Source: Zygnema circumcarinatum SAG 698-1b
Lineage: Eukaryota > Plantae > Zygnematophyceae
Reading direction: 5' to 3'
DNA: 64,000 nucleotides
Assembly: GCA_037447605.1 (NCBI GenBank)
Contig: CM074821.1
Location: 1,798,001-1,862,000, forward strand
A program made the position numbers and the translations under genes. The notes under the pieces are model-generated. The model was not told the DNA's origin, did no database searches, and saw nothing but the letters and a program-made list of their open reading frames with translations. This document shows positions 11,482-24,671 of this stretch, piece after piece. Each line of letters opens with the position of its first letter. Position 1 is the first letter of the stretch.

Positions 11482-12359
11482 CGCGTCTGCCTCTTTGTTT
11501 TTTTTTTTTTAAGGGCAAAAAATCTCGCGAGGAAAAGGTTTTTTTTAGTTATTGATTGAGCATTCGTTTGCATGGCCCTATTGAATGGTTGTTTTTTTAG
11601 CAACACCCATTCAATAGATTGTGGTGTGACATTAGGGGAGGGTACTCTTAGCAGTTTGCAGATTAGTGGCATGGCCAATTCTCTCCCATCTGCTGCTTGG
11701 GCAAACAAACGTAGCAGCTGACTTTCAGCAGAAGGGACATTAATGTCAAATGGTGGAAGCTAATTTTTTTCCAGCACGCATCATTGGTTGAAGTGATGTG
11801 AAGGCCATTTCAATTACGGCTTCAACCATGTTTTCCGCAAACAGTGCTCGGCATCTCGCCTTGCAACATGTGTTGAGAATGTGTGGTGAGGGGTGACATA
11901 GGTGGGTCCCAAGTGCCAATCCTTGAGTCTGTAGCTGTACCCAGGGGTTCAGATTTGCGCTACTTTCGGGTTGGGAGGTTGGTTGCACAGGACTCCAAAG
12001 GCTATCTAGGCCCTGGCTTGAAAGTCCTCCCAGAAGGCGTAGGTAGCCCTTTCTCCCCATCGAGAGTTTTCTAACAGCGATTGTTGAAGATGCTGTACGC
12101 AATGCGAGGGTGAAAGGTGTCCCTGGTCCTGCTTCTAAAAACTCCATAAAGATAAGTCCCGTGAAAGGAAAGGAGAAGGAAGAGAAGAAGAAAGGAGAGG
12201 AAACGAGAGTAAAAGATGAAAGGAGCCATGGCCCGTCACATTCGGCCATGCCTGCATTGGCATGTCGGGGAACCTGCACTGGTCCCCGAGAGATACATTT
12301 CAGCAGCCCTACAGTACAAGAGATAAGACCATTGAGTCTGCGGCCATTTCGCCATCCAT

Positions 12360-12600
12360 TGTTTGCCAACGGTTCGCAATCATTACCAACCAGTGGTTCA
12401 AACCATTGGCAATGGACAATGGATGAACGGCAACCATTGAATCTGCCTCATGGTTGCCAACCATTGCCAACTGTTGGAAGCACTACCAAAGTACCCTCAT
12501 TTGGTCCGTGACCAACTGGTTGGCAATGGTTGCAAGGTTGGCTTGGGCGATCAATCAATGGTTGGCAACCATTCCAATGGTTGATTCCGTTCCAACCGCC
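12360..12600. repeat. Degenerate foldback / MITE-like element built from CAACCATTG and CAATGGTTG motifs
   Basis: caaccattgccaac (~12457-12471) is inverted against gttggcaatggttg (~12518-12531); many further copies in both orientations. Confidence 0.6.
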
Positions 12601-12768
12601 CGATCCGTGCCAGTCCCGCGCCGTTTTACGACCGTTAAACAGTTTCCCGTTGTGCCGAACTGCGCCTTCGTAGCCTAGGCCCTAGGTCCTAGGCCCTAGG
12701 CTCTAGGGTCTGGGCTCCTGGTCGTGGCCCCTAGGCGCCTAGGGCCAGCTAGCCAGCAGGAGGCAGCC

Positions 12769-15101
12769 ATGGCGGACAGGCCGCAGCGCGCCATCGTGCT
12801 CTACGGGGACGGCCTCCTGCAGGACGCGGCCGGGGGGGGCACTGTCGTGGAAGCTTCTCGCTGCGACACGCTGCACCACATGGCTGCTTGCGGAGCTTCC
12901 TCCTTTCTCGCTCTGCGCTCTCTCCCGGCGCAAGGTGCGCTTGCTTCCGTTGAGGACATTCTGTTCTATGCTTTTTTTGTCTGGCAGTAAAATGGCAGTC
13001 GAAGGGGACTCCCTCAACTTTTAGGTCATTCTTTTTATGCATTTCTCGTAGTATTAGGAGAGGCAGCTTCTTCACCAATTTTGCAATGCTATGATACAGA
13101 CACGCAGCGCCTGAATTCAACTTAAGTTCAGCTCACGACGGATTGAATGCAAAATTTTATTTCGTGAAAACACTGCTAAGTTAGTAAGGTGAAGCTATTG
13201 TGGCTTTTACACCTATTTACTGCAGAAAATTGACAGGAGTATGATGTCTGGCTCGGTGACAACTGGCAGGAGGAGGGTCGCGGGGATGCAGTGGCGGCGG
13301 AGAAGAGAGTTCTGCTGGAGCTCGCGCAGCTGCTCGATGTCGGTGAAGTGTACTCCGTAAGTCTGTTCATTTACATTGCAGAAGAGTATCGTGCAGTTTT
13401 TATTAAATTTAATTTCCATCATCAACTTAAAGCTCGATGATGAAGTAAAAAGTTTTATTCGACACAGGCGGAAGCTTTGGAGGACGACAGCAAGGCGACG
13501 TGGGAGGACCTGCTTGCCAACATGGAAGAAAGAGAAACCAGCCTACCCTCACTTGCTGGAAGGTATCATTATTACAAGCTGTTTGCACTATAGGGGCCTT
13601 AGGGTTTGTTTTAAAGATCCTTAAGGTCATAAGTCTTGGGAGCAGAATGATTGATCTGTTCCTTGTATCTTGTCATCACTACTAGCAGTAAACACTGAGA
13701 CTGCACTATGGGTTAGTTTGAGCCGTCGTTGCCTTTGAAACTAGAGAATGTTTTTCTTGCACTGATTTTTTTGAATTGTTATTTTGCAGGTTCATGAATC
13801 TCGCAGGAGTTATGCTCTCAAATTCCGCCCCTGCTGCAGCTTTGGCCAAGCGAGCTGGCTTCGCTTTAGTTCCAATGTATTCCGGTGATGCAGAAGATGC
13901 CTCGCTTGAAGGAAAAAGAACTTCAAGTCTTCCTTCATGCAAAAGTTTAGCGGAGAGGCTCGTCCGAACCTTGGGACTTCATAAGGAAGAGGAAAAAGGT
14001 CCCCCTCCGAATGCGGCTCAAAGAAGTGACGATGAGTTTGAGTTGGCAATGGTGCATGTGGAGGTCGACTCTCTGGTAGGGATGATGGCGAAAGGAGGGA
14101 GAAAGGGAGGAGAAAAAGGTGAGGTCGCTGAGATTGATGGAGAAAGAGAGAAGAAAGAGAAATGGGATGCAGCTGTATATGGAATTGAGTGGATAAATGA
14201 TCTTGTATTTGAACTCCAAAAGTGGGCAGTACGTGGTTCAAAGGCCGAGGCACACATGCTCATTGTTCTGCTGCTGGGTTACGGAAGAGATGGAATTGAG
14301 ATGGATAAAGGAGATACTGGAGCCTTGGATAACGAGAGAGGAAAAAGAAAAGTAACCGAAATTTTGGACCTGCCCGGTTTCTGCGCTTTGTTGCCCTCAC
14401 CTGAAAGTGCGAATCCTGAGCTGAACTGGCTGAGACCTCGACAAAGCTATCGGCTGAAAGAGGACAAAGAGGTGGCTGACGTCAGGTGGGTCATAGAAGT
14501 TTTGGATATTCTTCAGTGGTGAAGCTCATATGGCAAGAACTGTCTATGTTGCGAGAAGCAGGATTCATACTCTGAACACGGCAGTTGCTCAGCATGTAAA
14601 CTCAATCAACTTTTCTTCTCAATTATGGTGTATGTGTTCCTTTGTTCAAAGCCCTGTTGCAGACAGGAGATAGAACATTTTGTTGTTGTAGAAGGACCAA
14701 ACTTTTTTCTAGGGATGTGTGACTGCTGCAGGGACCACCACCCAATCTTGGCTTTACATTTTCTCCGAGGTGTGACGCGACAGGATGAAGTGCAACGTTT
14801 GGGAGTTCAAGAATGTCGTGAGGTGACCTCGCAGCGGCTCTTCTTCACTAGAACAGATGAAAACCTCAATTTTTTTTCTTTCTACAAAAACGACCGGAAG
14901 TCTTCCTTTGCTTGAAGACTAAGCTTGGCTGGTCGGTGCTCTGAAACTGATTTGCTTTTTTACGTAAATTTTGGAGGGCTTGTTCCTAACCAACTGATTT
15001 TTTGATTTGTACAGCGAGGTGGACAGTTGGCCCTTCTGGCGGACCGTTTCCTGCATGAGCTTGCATTCAAGCTATGGAGGGCTCCCAAATATGGCGCATA
15101 G
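12769..15101 (+). CDS. Conserved uncharacterised plant protein (resembles the Arabidopsis At5g11810 family)
   Basis: N-terminus MADRPQRAIVLYGDGL, internal LRPRQSY, and DHHPIL..GVTRQD|RGGQLALLADRFLHELAFKLWRAPKYGA* match the family as I recall it; GT-AG exons at 12769-12933, ~13238-13357, 13790-14485, 14732-14823, 15015-15101. Confidence 0.8.
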
Positions 15102-16236
15102 TTAGGCACGCCTCAGGCAGGGAGTCAAGGGTCAAGGGGGCGCGAGGGAGTTTTAGGGTTTCAAGAGCCGCAGGGTTCAGGAGAGGTCCAGGAGGAGGGA
15201 TTGTGCTGGTGCTTCTTGTCTGTAACATAATTGCCCAAACTGGCATTCACTTTTTCATGTAATGAATAATGAATATGTGGTTGCTGTGTCCATTATAAAA
15301 ACGTTGTTTTTACAAACGATTACTTCTATTCACGAATGTTGAGACACTTTCGCGAGTTTTCACTTACAGTTCATACTCATAGTTGTAAGAGTGCACAGTT
15401 CATGAGGATTAATGAGGCAGACATGGATGCAATGCCCACAAAAAGGAAAAAAAAAAAAGTGGAAGTGAATTGAGACGGGGCTGTAAGGGCCTCCGAAGGG
15501 CCGCCGTACCCAATCGTGTGCAGTTGAAAATTGTAGCTCAAGATCTTGCGGATTGTGTGAGGTATGGCATGGCATGTGGGGGATGCATGCATGTGGGGAA
15601 TGCATGCATGCATGCATGCATGCATGGCCATCACCTCTCCCATCAAAATATGCTTCAGATGATGAAATTTTGTTTCTCCAATATCGTCGACAACTCGATA
15701 CGATATTCGTAAACGATACGATATGTAATCGTAACCCCGTACGGTTGTTGTACAGTACGAAATCGAACAGTACTGGACGACATTGTAGTTCCAGTTTTGC
15801 TCTGTTGCGACCGTCACGGTAACTGTAACTACGCAGCATGGACAGAGAAACAGCAGGGTTGGAACTCTCTTTTTCAGGTGATGCCTGCGTGTTGCTGAGC
15901 CAGCGTTCGCCCTTATGATACAGCTTCGGACTGCATGTATTCGCAGACGGAAGAGTAATGCGAATCATTGGAAAGGAGATAGCATTGTGGATAAACTAGC
16001 GAAGTTTTCTTTTTGAATAAAGGTGAATTTGGTTTTATGAGAAGGCCTATTGAAAGTCCTTTTTCTTTTCATTGTCTTTCCTTTCCTTTACTTTCACCTT
16101 CTCCTCTCGTTCAACGTGGAGCACAAACAGAACAATATGGACTCCCAATTCTCACAAAGAACTTCTTTTTGTGCAGATATTTGTCGGATTTGCTAACTGT
16201 CTGCAAACGAATACCACAGAAGGCGCTGTTCAAGGC

Positions 16237-18642
16237 ATGGGAGGTGCAGTCGTGGAGGAGCTTATTGATATCTTAAGGAACATTAGTGCATCACTTACAG
16301 TAAAATTTTCCCATGCTTTGAACTTCCTGCTCAAGTACAAGGTAGGCTTGCAACTGCGGACTGTGGAGATGCCCACGCGTATCCTTTGGGTTCGAGCTCG
16401 GCAGCTCAATAGAGTTAGGCGTCGTGGCGAAAATTTTAGGGTCTCCACTACGAGTGCAGCAGTAGCAGTAGTTACAGCAAAATTCTGAGGCTGTAGGAGC
16501 TTCTAACGCCAGGTGCAAGTCCTCGTTTGGCGTTGTAGAGTCCTGCGACCTCGCTAATGCTCTCAAATGCTCTCCCTTTTGTGCAGCAAGCGAGCTCTTT
16601 TGGCTTAATTGCTGGCTTTGCCATTGCTGTGCTCTGCACGTGGCGGTACCTCCGCAGCCCTCGAAACAGGAGGGCTTCCAGCAAAAGGTCGCCAGCGGCA
16701 GCACAAGCATCCGATGGAGAAGCCATCACAGCAGGAGCAGCAACAGCAACAGCAACGGCAACAGGAGCAGCAGTCAGCATCACAAATGCAACACATCGTG
16801 GATACGCCTCAAAGGAACCAGCAACCTCTGCTGAGGTAGAATCCGTGCACTAATTCAGCTGTGATTGCTATTTCCCTTATAAGATTAAAACTTGGGGTTA
16901 ACACGCCATTGACGTATGTAGTGAAAAATCTTCTGAACATTTTTCTATGATGTAGACCAGTTACTGTTGGTGTTAGCTGACAGATTTGACCGTCCTAAAT
17001 CTGAGCTGTATGCTGCAGCAACTTTCTCATCATGATGTATCATTTAAACTGCCGAGAAGTGCCGTTTTGTTCAACAGGTCTCGCTTTCCGGTGTTGTGAA
17101 ACGGCAGCTCAATGGCGGGCGTAAGGTACATGCACAAGCTCGTTTGATCAACCATCAGGATTTTAGCCATAGTTTGTTTCCTGTAAAGATTTCGACTTTC
17201 ACCTCTTCAGTTTTCATCTTACTCTTTCTCTTCGTTTCATGGCTTTATGTGATGCTTCACTTTTCTTTCTCGTTCTTCAAACTCACGTTATCAAGGTGCA
17301 GACGTTCCCTGCAGCCTTGGGAGGCACTGGTGAGATTGGTTGACCTCTTGCTCGGGCATGTAACGGCTGTTTGCGGTGCAGATGACTTGTCAGCTGCTGG
17401 GAGTTATTCTCGAAGAGACGAATGTAGAGGATCTGCAGGTGAAGGAACTATTCCATACTATTCCGTGTTTCCGTTGCCATGTCATAGACTCGTCATTCTA
17501 AGGGACGTCTGCAGGGGGTGTCCATCGTATAGTCAATAAGGTCAGTTGCAAGCATGAGATTTTCAGAAAGGTCAAGTTTCTGAAGTGCACCTGACTCTTG
17601 TATGTTTTGCTTGACAGAATGGTGCCAGAATAAAGCCAGGAGCGATAGGAGTCCTGAAGGAATTGGGCTCTGCCTGTGATGTTTACCTACTCGGGAAGAT
17701 CGTTGATGATGCAAGTGAGGTGAGGACTCGAACAGTATATTGTGGCATCTGGTGCCAATATAGCAGTCGAATGGTTTTGTGAGACGGAACGACGTGAGAA
17801 GAAATGCTGCTCACTTTTTTTTTTTTTATTCTGCATCCTTATCAGAGCAATCGTTTTGAACATGCAGACGGCAGTGTTCTCGGCGTTGGAAGATTCTGGG
17901 TTGTTCTCAAGCGGAGCTATCAATCCTAATAAGGTATGCAGCGTGTTTCTTACAGCAAATTCGTTCCATTGTATCAAGTAGCTACCGCGACTCTCTGAAT
18001 ACTCTCCATGGCCTTCTATTGAACCCAGTCCTGCGGAGAGGGATCCTCTTTTGCAGGTGCTGTTTTGCAGTACAGATATTGGTCTTATCTCCTTTGTACG
18101 TCAGTTGGAGCCCGACTGGCATGTGGACAGCTGCGAAGAAACCATTTCACAGCTCAGGGTGAGATGCCATTTCACTCTTCCGTAAGGCTGCGTGCTGCAG
18201 AGTCCTTGTGTCTGCTCAGGCAATTTCGTTTTGAAAGGGCTGGAAGTAGACCCTTGCATGCACTACCAAGTATGGGCCATGCTCTCAGATGGGGCTCTCA
18301 CAGGATCATAGACTTGGCATAGACAGGGCTCTCGTTACCATGTGGGATGCCAAGTAGCTGTTGGGGGAGTGGAGGGAGGAGGGGCTGAAGGGAGGGAGGA
18401 GGGGAAGCGGAGAAGACTGTTGAAACAGTTATCCAAGAGATTTGCTTGTTAAGAAAAGCAAATCTTATCAGAAGGAATGACTTGGAACCGATAATCTCCG
18501 CAATAAATTCTTTCCTTTGTTGCCTCCATTGCAGCGCTTCGTGCGGCATCAGCTGTGGATAGCGCCTGTGGGATCGCCGGAGTTGGGTCCGAGTGTGGTC
18601 TCCACCCCAACACTTGAGCGCTACTTCGGCCTTCCTTCATAG
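16237..18642 (+). CDS. PEX22: Peroxisome biogenesis protein 22
   Basis: MGGAVVEELIDILRNIS..; TM GLIAGFAIAVLCTWRYLR; VKRQLNGGRK|MTCQLLGVILEET; VLFCSTDIGLISFVRQLEPDWHVD; RFVRHQLWI..ERYFG. All match plant PEX22. Confidence 0.93.
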
Positions 18643-19244
18643 TGCCTGCTCCCGTAAAGCCACTGGTTGCATCCATTCGGTACTGGAGTCCATGGCAAGA
18701 TGAGCTTCTAGAGTTGAAGGGCCGCGAGTGTGTCCAAATTGTATGTGATTTTATTGGAAGTATCGAAAATATCGCTCGCTTTTTGTTGCAAAACGACTCG
18801 TAACCGCACTTCTCTTGTTAATGTGAAATGTTGCTTGTGTACGGGCAGCATTTGCAGCATAAGTCCACACTCAATAGGTTGCGAAATCAGGCTAGAATGA
18901 AGATATCAATGTCTGCTTGCATTGACCACGCAAGTCATTCAAATAGTAATCAACCCGGTCACGTGAGTGTCATCCTGTCTGAACTTAGTAGTCACTGGCA
19001 ATTAATTACAACATTCGCTCTTACTCTTCACTGCAATAAACATGGTTTGCCACCTGAATGATAAAAAAGCATTTCAAATATCAAAACCTCCACTCCTTTT
19101 CCAAACAACGCCGTGTGAGCCCTCAAACCCTTGGCATGACTCTTCAATGACCTCTGAATCATGCCTAAAGCCAAAACGTTCGCTGCCGCTCCTGCCCCAA
19201 TCTTCATCCCTATACTGTCAGATTCCTTGCCGTCCGCAGCAGGC

Positions 19245-20174
19245 TTACTCGCCATTCCCTGCGGCTGCCTTACCACCTTCAGGAGGGCGGCTGCCTGCTC
19301 CACTCTCTGCCTCTCCCACACGGGCACTACTCGCGAGCTCATTCTCAAGAGGAGCGCACGCGTCTTGGCTGCGGCTGTCCGTGGTATACTCCCCATTGCG
19401 AGGAGGCCCTTCTGAGCGCCTGTGTCTCCCGCCACCTTCTCTCCTGTGACGCATCTTTTTCTGTCTTTTCTTGCCATCCTCCGCCAGCGCTTCCTCGCTG
19501 TGGTCAGAGTTCTCAGACCTGCTGGGTCGCTTTTTCCGCTTCCGCCTGCGAAGTCCAAACCAAATGTATTGCTCAGTTGATTTACATTCAAGCGCCAGAA
19601 GCCCTAAAATGGTTCAGTCCAGAAGTAAAACAGCAATGGCTTTTCGGTAAGGCTAAACTCCCAAGTACATTGAGTTGTACAATTTATAACCAAACGGCAA
19701 ACAGCTCCTGCAGAATAATTCTTTGAATATCAGTGGCTAAGACTTTACACAGAGTCGAAAGCCTGACCGTTCAGTTGAATCGATGCCAGAATCAGAAGAC
19801 GACCGATGCTTTTTCCGCCTCCTCTCCTTCCTCCTCCTCCGTCGCTCCTCATCGTCTTCGTCTGAACTACTGTCAGATCCCGACGAGTTTCGTTGATGCT
19901 TGCGACTCCGTCTGCTTCGAGACTTCCGTTTGCGGGACCGGCTTCTCTTATCTTCTCCCGAGTCAGAGTCCTCACCGCTAGAAGAAGATTCAAAAGAAGA
20001 GTCTGACCCCTTCTTGTGCCGTTTTTTTCTCCTTGCGAGCTTCTCGTCCTCTTCCTTCCACGATTTCGCTACTGCAGCTTCAAGTTTCTGCTCCCACGAC
20101 TTCTTGTTCGTCTCTTGCTCCAAAGCCTTTTTCCTTTTCTGGTCGACCAAACTCAGGAACTTCTGCTTATCCAT
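19245..20174 (-). CDS. Lys/Arg/Ser-rich low-complexity, probably nuclear, protein (2 coding exons: 20174-19768, 19545-19245)
   Basis: MDKQKFLSLVDQKRKKALE..WEQKLEAA resembles a conserved plant N-terminus, followed by SD- and RK-rich tracts; phase-2 intron cg|gtcag..cgcag|g. Confidence 0.7.
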
Positions 20175-21539
20175 TTCCCGTTCCAAATCCTCCAAACCTT
20201 CTAATAAGAGTCCGTTCCCTCGTTCACCGTTGATTTAACTGCCTCAAATAACCTTCACAGATTATTATGAGTCCTGTAGGAAGCCTCCCGACTTCCCAGG
20301 TATGTTAATTTTTCGTCTTCAACTGTACCTCAGGAACCCCCCTGCAGAGTTGAAGTAGCAAAAGGTTCCCTTAACCACCACAAAAATCCGCGGACGCGCC
20401 CCTTTGCGGCTCCAGGAACCTTCCAACACTCTCCTCGCAGCAATTATGTCGAGCCCAACGACATGCTACATCACTACCATCTTCCTCCTCCTGCGACGTT
20501 ACAGTATGAGCGCCGCCACCGCCGCCGAGTCCACCTGCAGACGGAAGAGTGTAGACCGGCAAGTGCATCTCACAAACGAAACAAAATCACGTTAGTGCAG
20601 AGCACTTTATAGAACATGTTCCAAGAGTTCATGCCTTGATTGATTCCTTAGATCAGGACGGCGGCTAAATAGAAAATAACAACAATGTTTGGGCGCAAAA
20701 GTGTACAGAATATGACATCGCCAGTGCAAACAGAAGCATCAACAGACCCGGAGCTGCTCTAACACATAGATCTCACTGAGAAGCAAGTGCGAGAAGCATG
20801 GACACCCCAACATTCAAAGAAACTTCAACGTCAAGCTATTACGTTTCCTAATCCACTAGCGGGCATGAGGAGGGGCCCCCCTCCTTACCTTGTACCGCTT
20901 CTCCGGCTCGAGTAATCCTGCAGAAGGGCCGCAGGAGAGTACAAGCGGCATCAACGAAGGGCAATGGAGAGCTGGTTCAAGGGCAGAGCAGAGGAGAGCC
21001 CTTCGACAGGCGGAGCAGGCAGAAGGGAGACGCGGCAGCCATGGCCGCCCTAATAGAAGCTTCCACCAACCACGAGGCGAGGAAGGACCGTATCGACCAT
21101 TGCCGATATACCGAATGCCAAATTCTGGAGGTCGCTGTCTCGATACGATACGAGGGCAGTCCTGTATTTCGGCTAAAAATATCGAGTACTGCGATGGAAT
21201 ATCGATCGAGGCGGCGATATCGTACAGTTCTAGCCCGATGGGCCTAGAAAAATATGAACCCAAGTTTTATACCGCAAGTGGGTTGTATGCACATTGCACA
21301 TCACATTGTACATTAAACATTAGACATTGTTCGTGGCACATGGCACATGGCACATGGCACATGGCCTTCACAATGAACATTTCAACATAGCACATTGCGC
21401 TTCCCAGTCTCAGGGCAAACAGCACCCATCCACTATCCCCGTGTTGAGTATAAGGGCCCAATTCTGACAATAGAATAATCAAGGTCACTTAATTAAAAAA
21501 AAAAAAAAAAAATTGAGAAAAATTGAATGGCCACATAAG

Positions 21540-22216
21540 TCAGATACTACCACGGAATTGAAGGAGGTACCACATTGACCAGGTCACCAGCTGCGCTTTG
21601 TTATGGTAAAGCGTTCTCAATACTTGATGAATAAGCGTATGGTCTAGGCAATAGTAAATCTTTTGACAATTTTTGAATAATAGGGCTTTTTGTTGAGTCT
21701 TCTGCTGACAGGTGGTAAACCCTTTCTCATGCGTTGAGCCTATGTTGGTAAACATCCCGACAGTAGGCACCACATATCGCCGACCAACTGTACAGGCAAC
21801 CAATTGTTGCAGGGATTTCTTGAGTTGAGAAAGACTTGAGTGTGCTGCTGCTTCAGCGAACCCCCCCTCCCTCCCTCCCTCCCTCCCTCCTAATGCCAAA
21901 CTCCCCCCCCTCCAATGACGGCCCCTCCACTCTCAGCATTCGACTTGAAGGGATTCGGAACGTGGGCAGAAGGGGCTTTCAGCTTCCCTATTACAGCCTG
22001 CACCAAGGGGACCATCCCAACCCCTCCCTCTCTCCCTCCTTAACCATTGCCTAATCAACACCATGCCGTTTGCGCACCATTAAACATTGACTCTACCACT
22101 CGCCTCTCTACTACGTCATAAAAACCATCATCATAGATAGACCTGCGAACTACAAGTTTCAATGCAATTGTTTGAGATGTAATGATGCATTGAATCTCCT
22201 CCCTCCCTCACCTCGT

Positions 22217-22256
<40 letters not shown>

Positions 22257-23450
22257 CTCTGACGCTGTACCTGAGGGAGGAGCTCCTTGACCACTGTGAC
22301 CATCCACCCTGCGTTGGTGCTGACTATGGCGGCGGTCGGCCCTTGGAGGGTTCGGCGGAGGTCGGTCAGTCCGGGGTGGTCCGCGAGGAAGGAGGGCTCC
22401 ATCACCAGCCACACGTCGCGGGGCCGCCCCTCTCTGTGGAGAGAGAGAGACTCAGATAGCATGGAACGGGGTAAGTTTCTTCATTTGTTTGCGTCAAGAA
22501 TACAAACAAAAAAATGTAGGGAGGGTAGAGAGAGAGAGGTAGAGAGACGTAGAGAGGGTAGAGAGAGAGGTAGAGAGAGACGTAGAGAGGCTAGAGAGAG
22601 AGGTAGAGAGAGACGTAGAGAGGCTAGAGAGAGAGGTAGAGAGAGACGTAGAGAGGCTAGAAAAAATAAAACCATAAATGGCTGCCGAGAAACATCAGCA
22701 AATGGGTTTAAACAAATGGGTTACTTGTTCACCTTTCTGCGCGCTCAATTCCGTCTCTCAAGACTTCTTCAAGTTGCGCTCCTTCCAGCCTGGCAGCCCA
22801 AACCAGAAAAAAAAAAGAAACAAAACAAAACAAAAACTAAATAAGAAAATAAGAACAAGAAGATTGTCGATTTTTTTCTGCCTTGGTATGCTCCCATCTG
22901 CCGGAGTTGCAGTTACAGAAGGCAAGGAAGAGTGAGAATGACTCTGCCTCTGCAATAGCAAAGAAGTACTAATGCCTACTTTGCCTTGTTTTAAATTAAG
23001 AAACACTTACATCAAAGACTCGGCATTTGCAATAGCAAAAAAGTACGTCTGCAAAAATGGGCCCCTCCTCCCCCACCATCACTCAAAATAAATAAATAAA
23101 TAAATAAAATAAAATAAACCCGAACCTGAGGGACCTTGCAAGACAGCTGTTGGACCAGGACAAAAGGATGGCAAAACTTGGCTCCATTACCTCACAAAAG
23201 TTTACCTTTATCTTGTCTCTTGCTGTTACATTAAAAGCCTTCTTCTATTTTTTTTATTTCCTTCTTCTTCTTCTTCTTCTATTTTAAGCCTTCTTTCTTT
23301 TACCAACATGCTTTATTTGTCCTTGCTTTAACACTGTCACCTGCGGCCTCTCCATGTTCCATCCTTCTGCTTCTTTTCCCAATTCTTTGTCCCATTGGGT
23401 CTTCTCCTCCTCTCGTGCAGATCCCCCATTCTCATTATCAGACCTTGCTG
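21540..23450 (-). CDS. Divergent Ycf54-domain protein; N- and C-terminal exons uncertain
   Basis: Exons 23048-23011, 22789-22733 and 22433-22271 splice in phase to TYFFAIANAESLMLEGAQLEEVLRDGIERAEREGRPRDVWLVMEPSFLADHPGLTDLRRTLQGPTAAIVSTNAGWMVTVVKELLPQ, matching Ycf54 motifs (TYYF..AN, LEEVL, DFWLV.EP.FL, A(I/L)VSTN). Confidence 0.8.
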
Positions 23451-23853
23451 CTAGAAAACAGAAATGAAGGTCCAATTAGTATCACCTCAAAGTAATCAAA
23501 GAAAGACCCAATAAAATTTACATTACCCAAGCATGCTCTGGTAATTTTCTGCCTTCAGTACAGATAACTTTTCGGGAGCTCTGCAAAATTTAGACTGTCT
23601 GGCTGAAATTGGCTAGCTTCAACACAGATAGATTTTCTATGTAACTGCTACTATTTCCTCGATGTTTCATCAGTAGTATTCATAGTAGAGGGTGAGACGG
23701 GCAGGTAAAGATGGAGAAAGGAAACTGGTAGCTGCGACGGAGAAGGAAGGAAAGCGGGGATAGAGACGATGAAGCGAATAAGAGGACAGGACAGTGCCGA
23801 GACAAATAACAACGGAGAGGGTAAGGGGGGAGAGGGGGGGAGGGAGAGAGAGG

Positions 23854-23907
<54 letters not shown>

Positions 23908-24603
23908 GAGAGAGAGAGAGAGAGAGAACAAAGTGGGAGTGGAGGTCCATACAAGCATGAGCGCGGCCTTCATCCGGCGCGAGACGTTGAACCGAGAGGG
24001 CGACGCGCCTAAAGCAAGAGACTCAAAATTTCAGAGATTAAAACAGTGCAGTCGAAGGGCCATAAAGTTTAGTAAGGGAACTCCTCAAACGCTCAGTCAT
24101 TTTCCAGATACATGCACTCATTGGTTGGACTTTCAACGCCTCCTTTCCGATAAGTTCGCAAATTAAGAAAAGGAAAAGGAAAGCCCTCTTGCCATCAACA
24201 TTTGTTACAAGTCTTCCGAAGCACATTCTTCCAGTTATCTTCAACGAGTTATAGTGGCGGGTGCACCAAACTTGAGCATAAAGACTGAGTACCGGTTCGT
24301 GTCGTTGGCTGTGTGAGAAAACCGATTTTGGAGTCGAAGTTTTTCAGTTTCAAGTTTAGCCTTAGAAAGAATCCTTCCCTGCATTCCACCTCGCATGCTT
24401 CTTCCATACATCAGCACCCCCCCCTCTCTCCCTCCCTCCCCTCCCCTCTCTCCTCCCCTCCCCTCCNNNNNNNNNNCCCGCCCCTCCCCTCTCTTCCTCC
24501 CTCTCCCTCGACTTGCAATCAAGAATTAAGAATAGCATCACAGTAAAAATGAAGCGGCCGGTTGTTACTTAAACCGTTGGAGACATGACTGACCTGCCCG
24601 AAA

Positions 24604-24671
24604 GACGTCATAAGCACGTCCGATGACATCACTGATGACGTCAGCGAGACGGCCTCCCGAGGCCACGTGGC
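24604..24671. promoter_or_regulatory. bZIP-type sites: TGACGTCA and perfect G-box GCCACGTGGC
   Basis: gacgtca ~24605, tgacgtca ~24636, gccacgtggc 24662-24671, upstream of the Ycf54-like gene. Confidence 0.4.

Noticed and set aside
11746-12511. Overlapping 207-aa and 133-aa ORFs
   Set aside because: No motifs or splice support; intergenic or repeat-derived.
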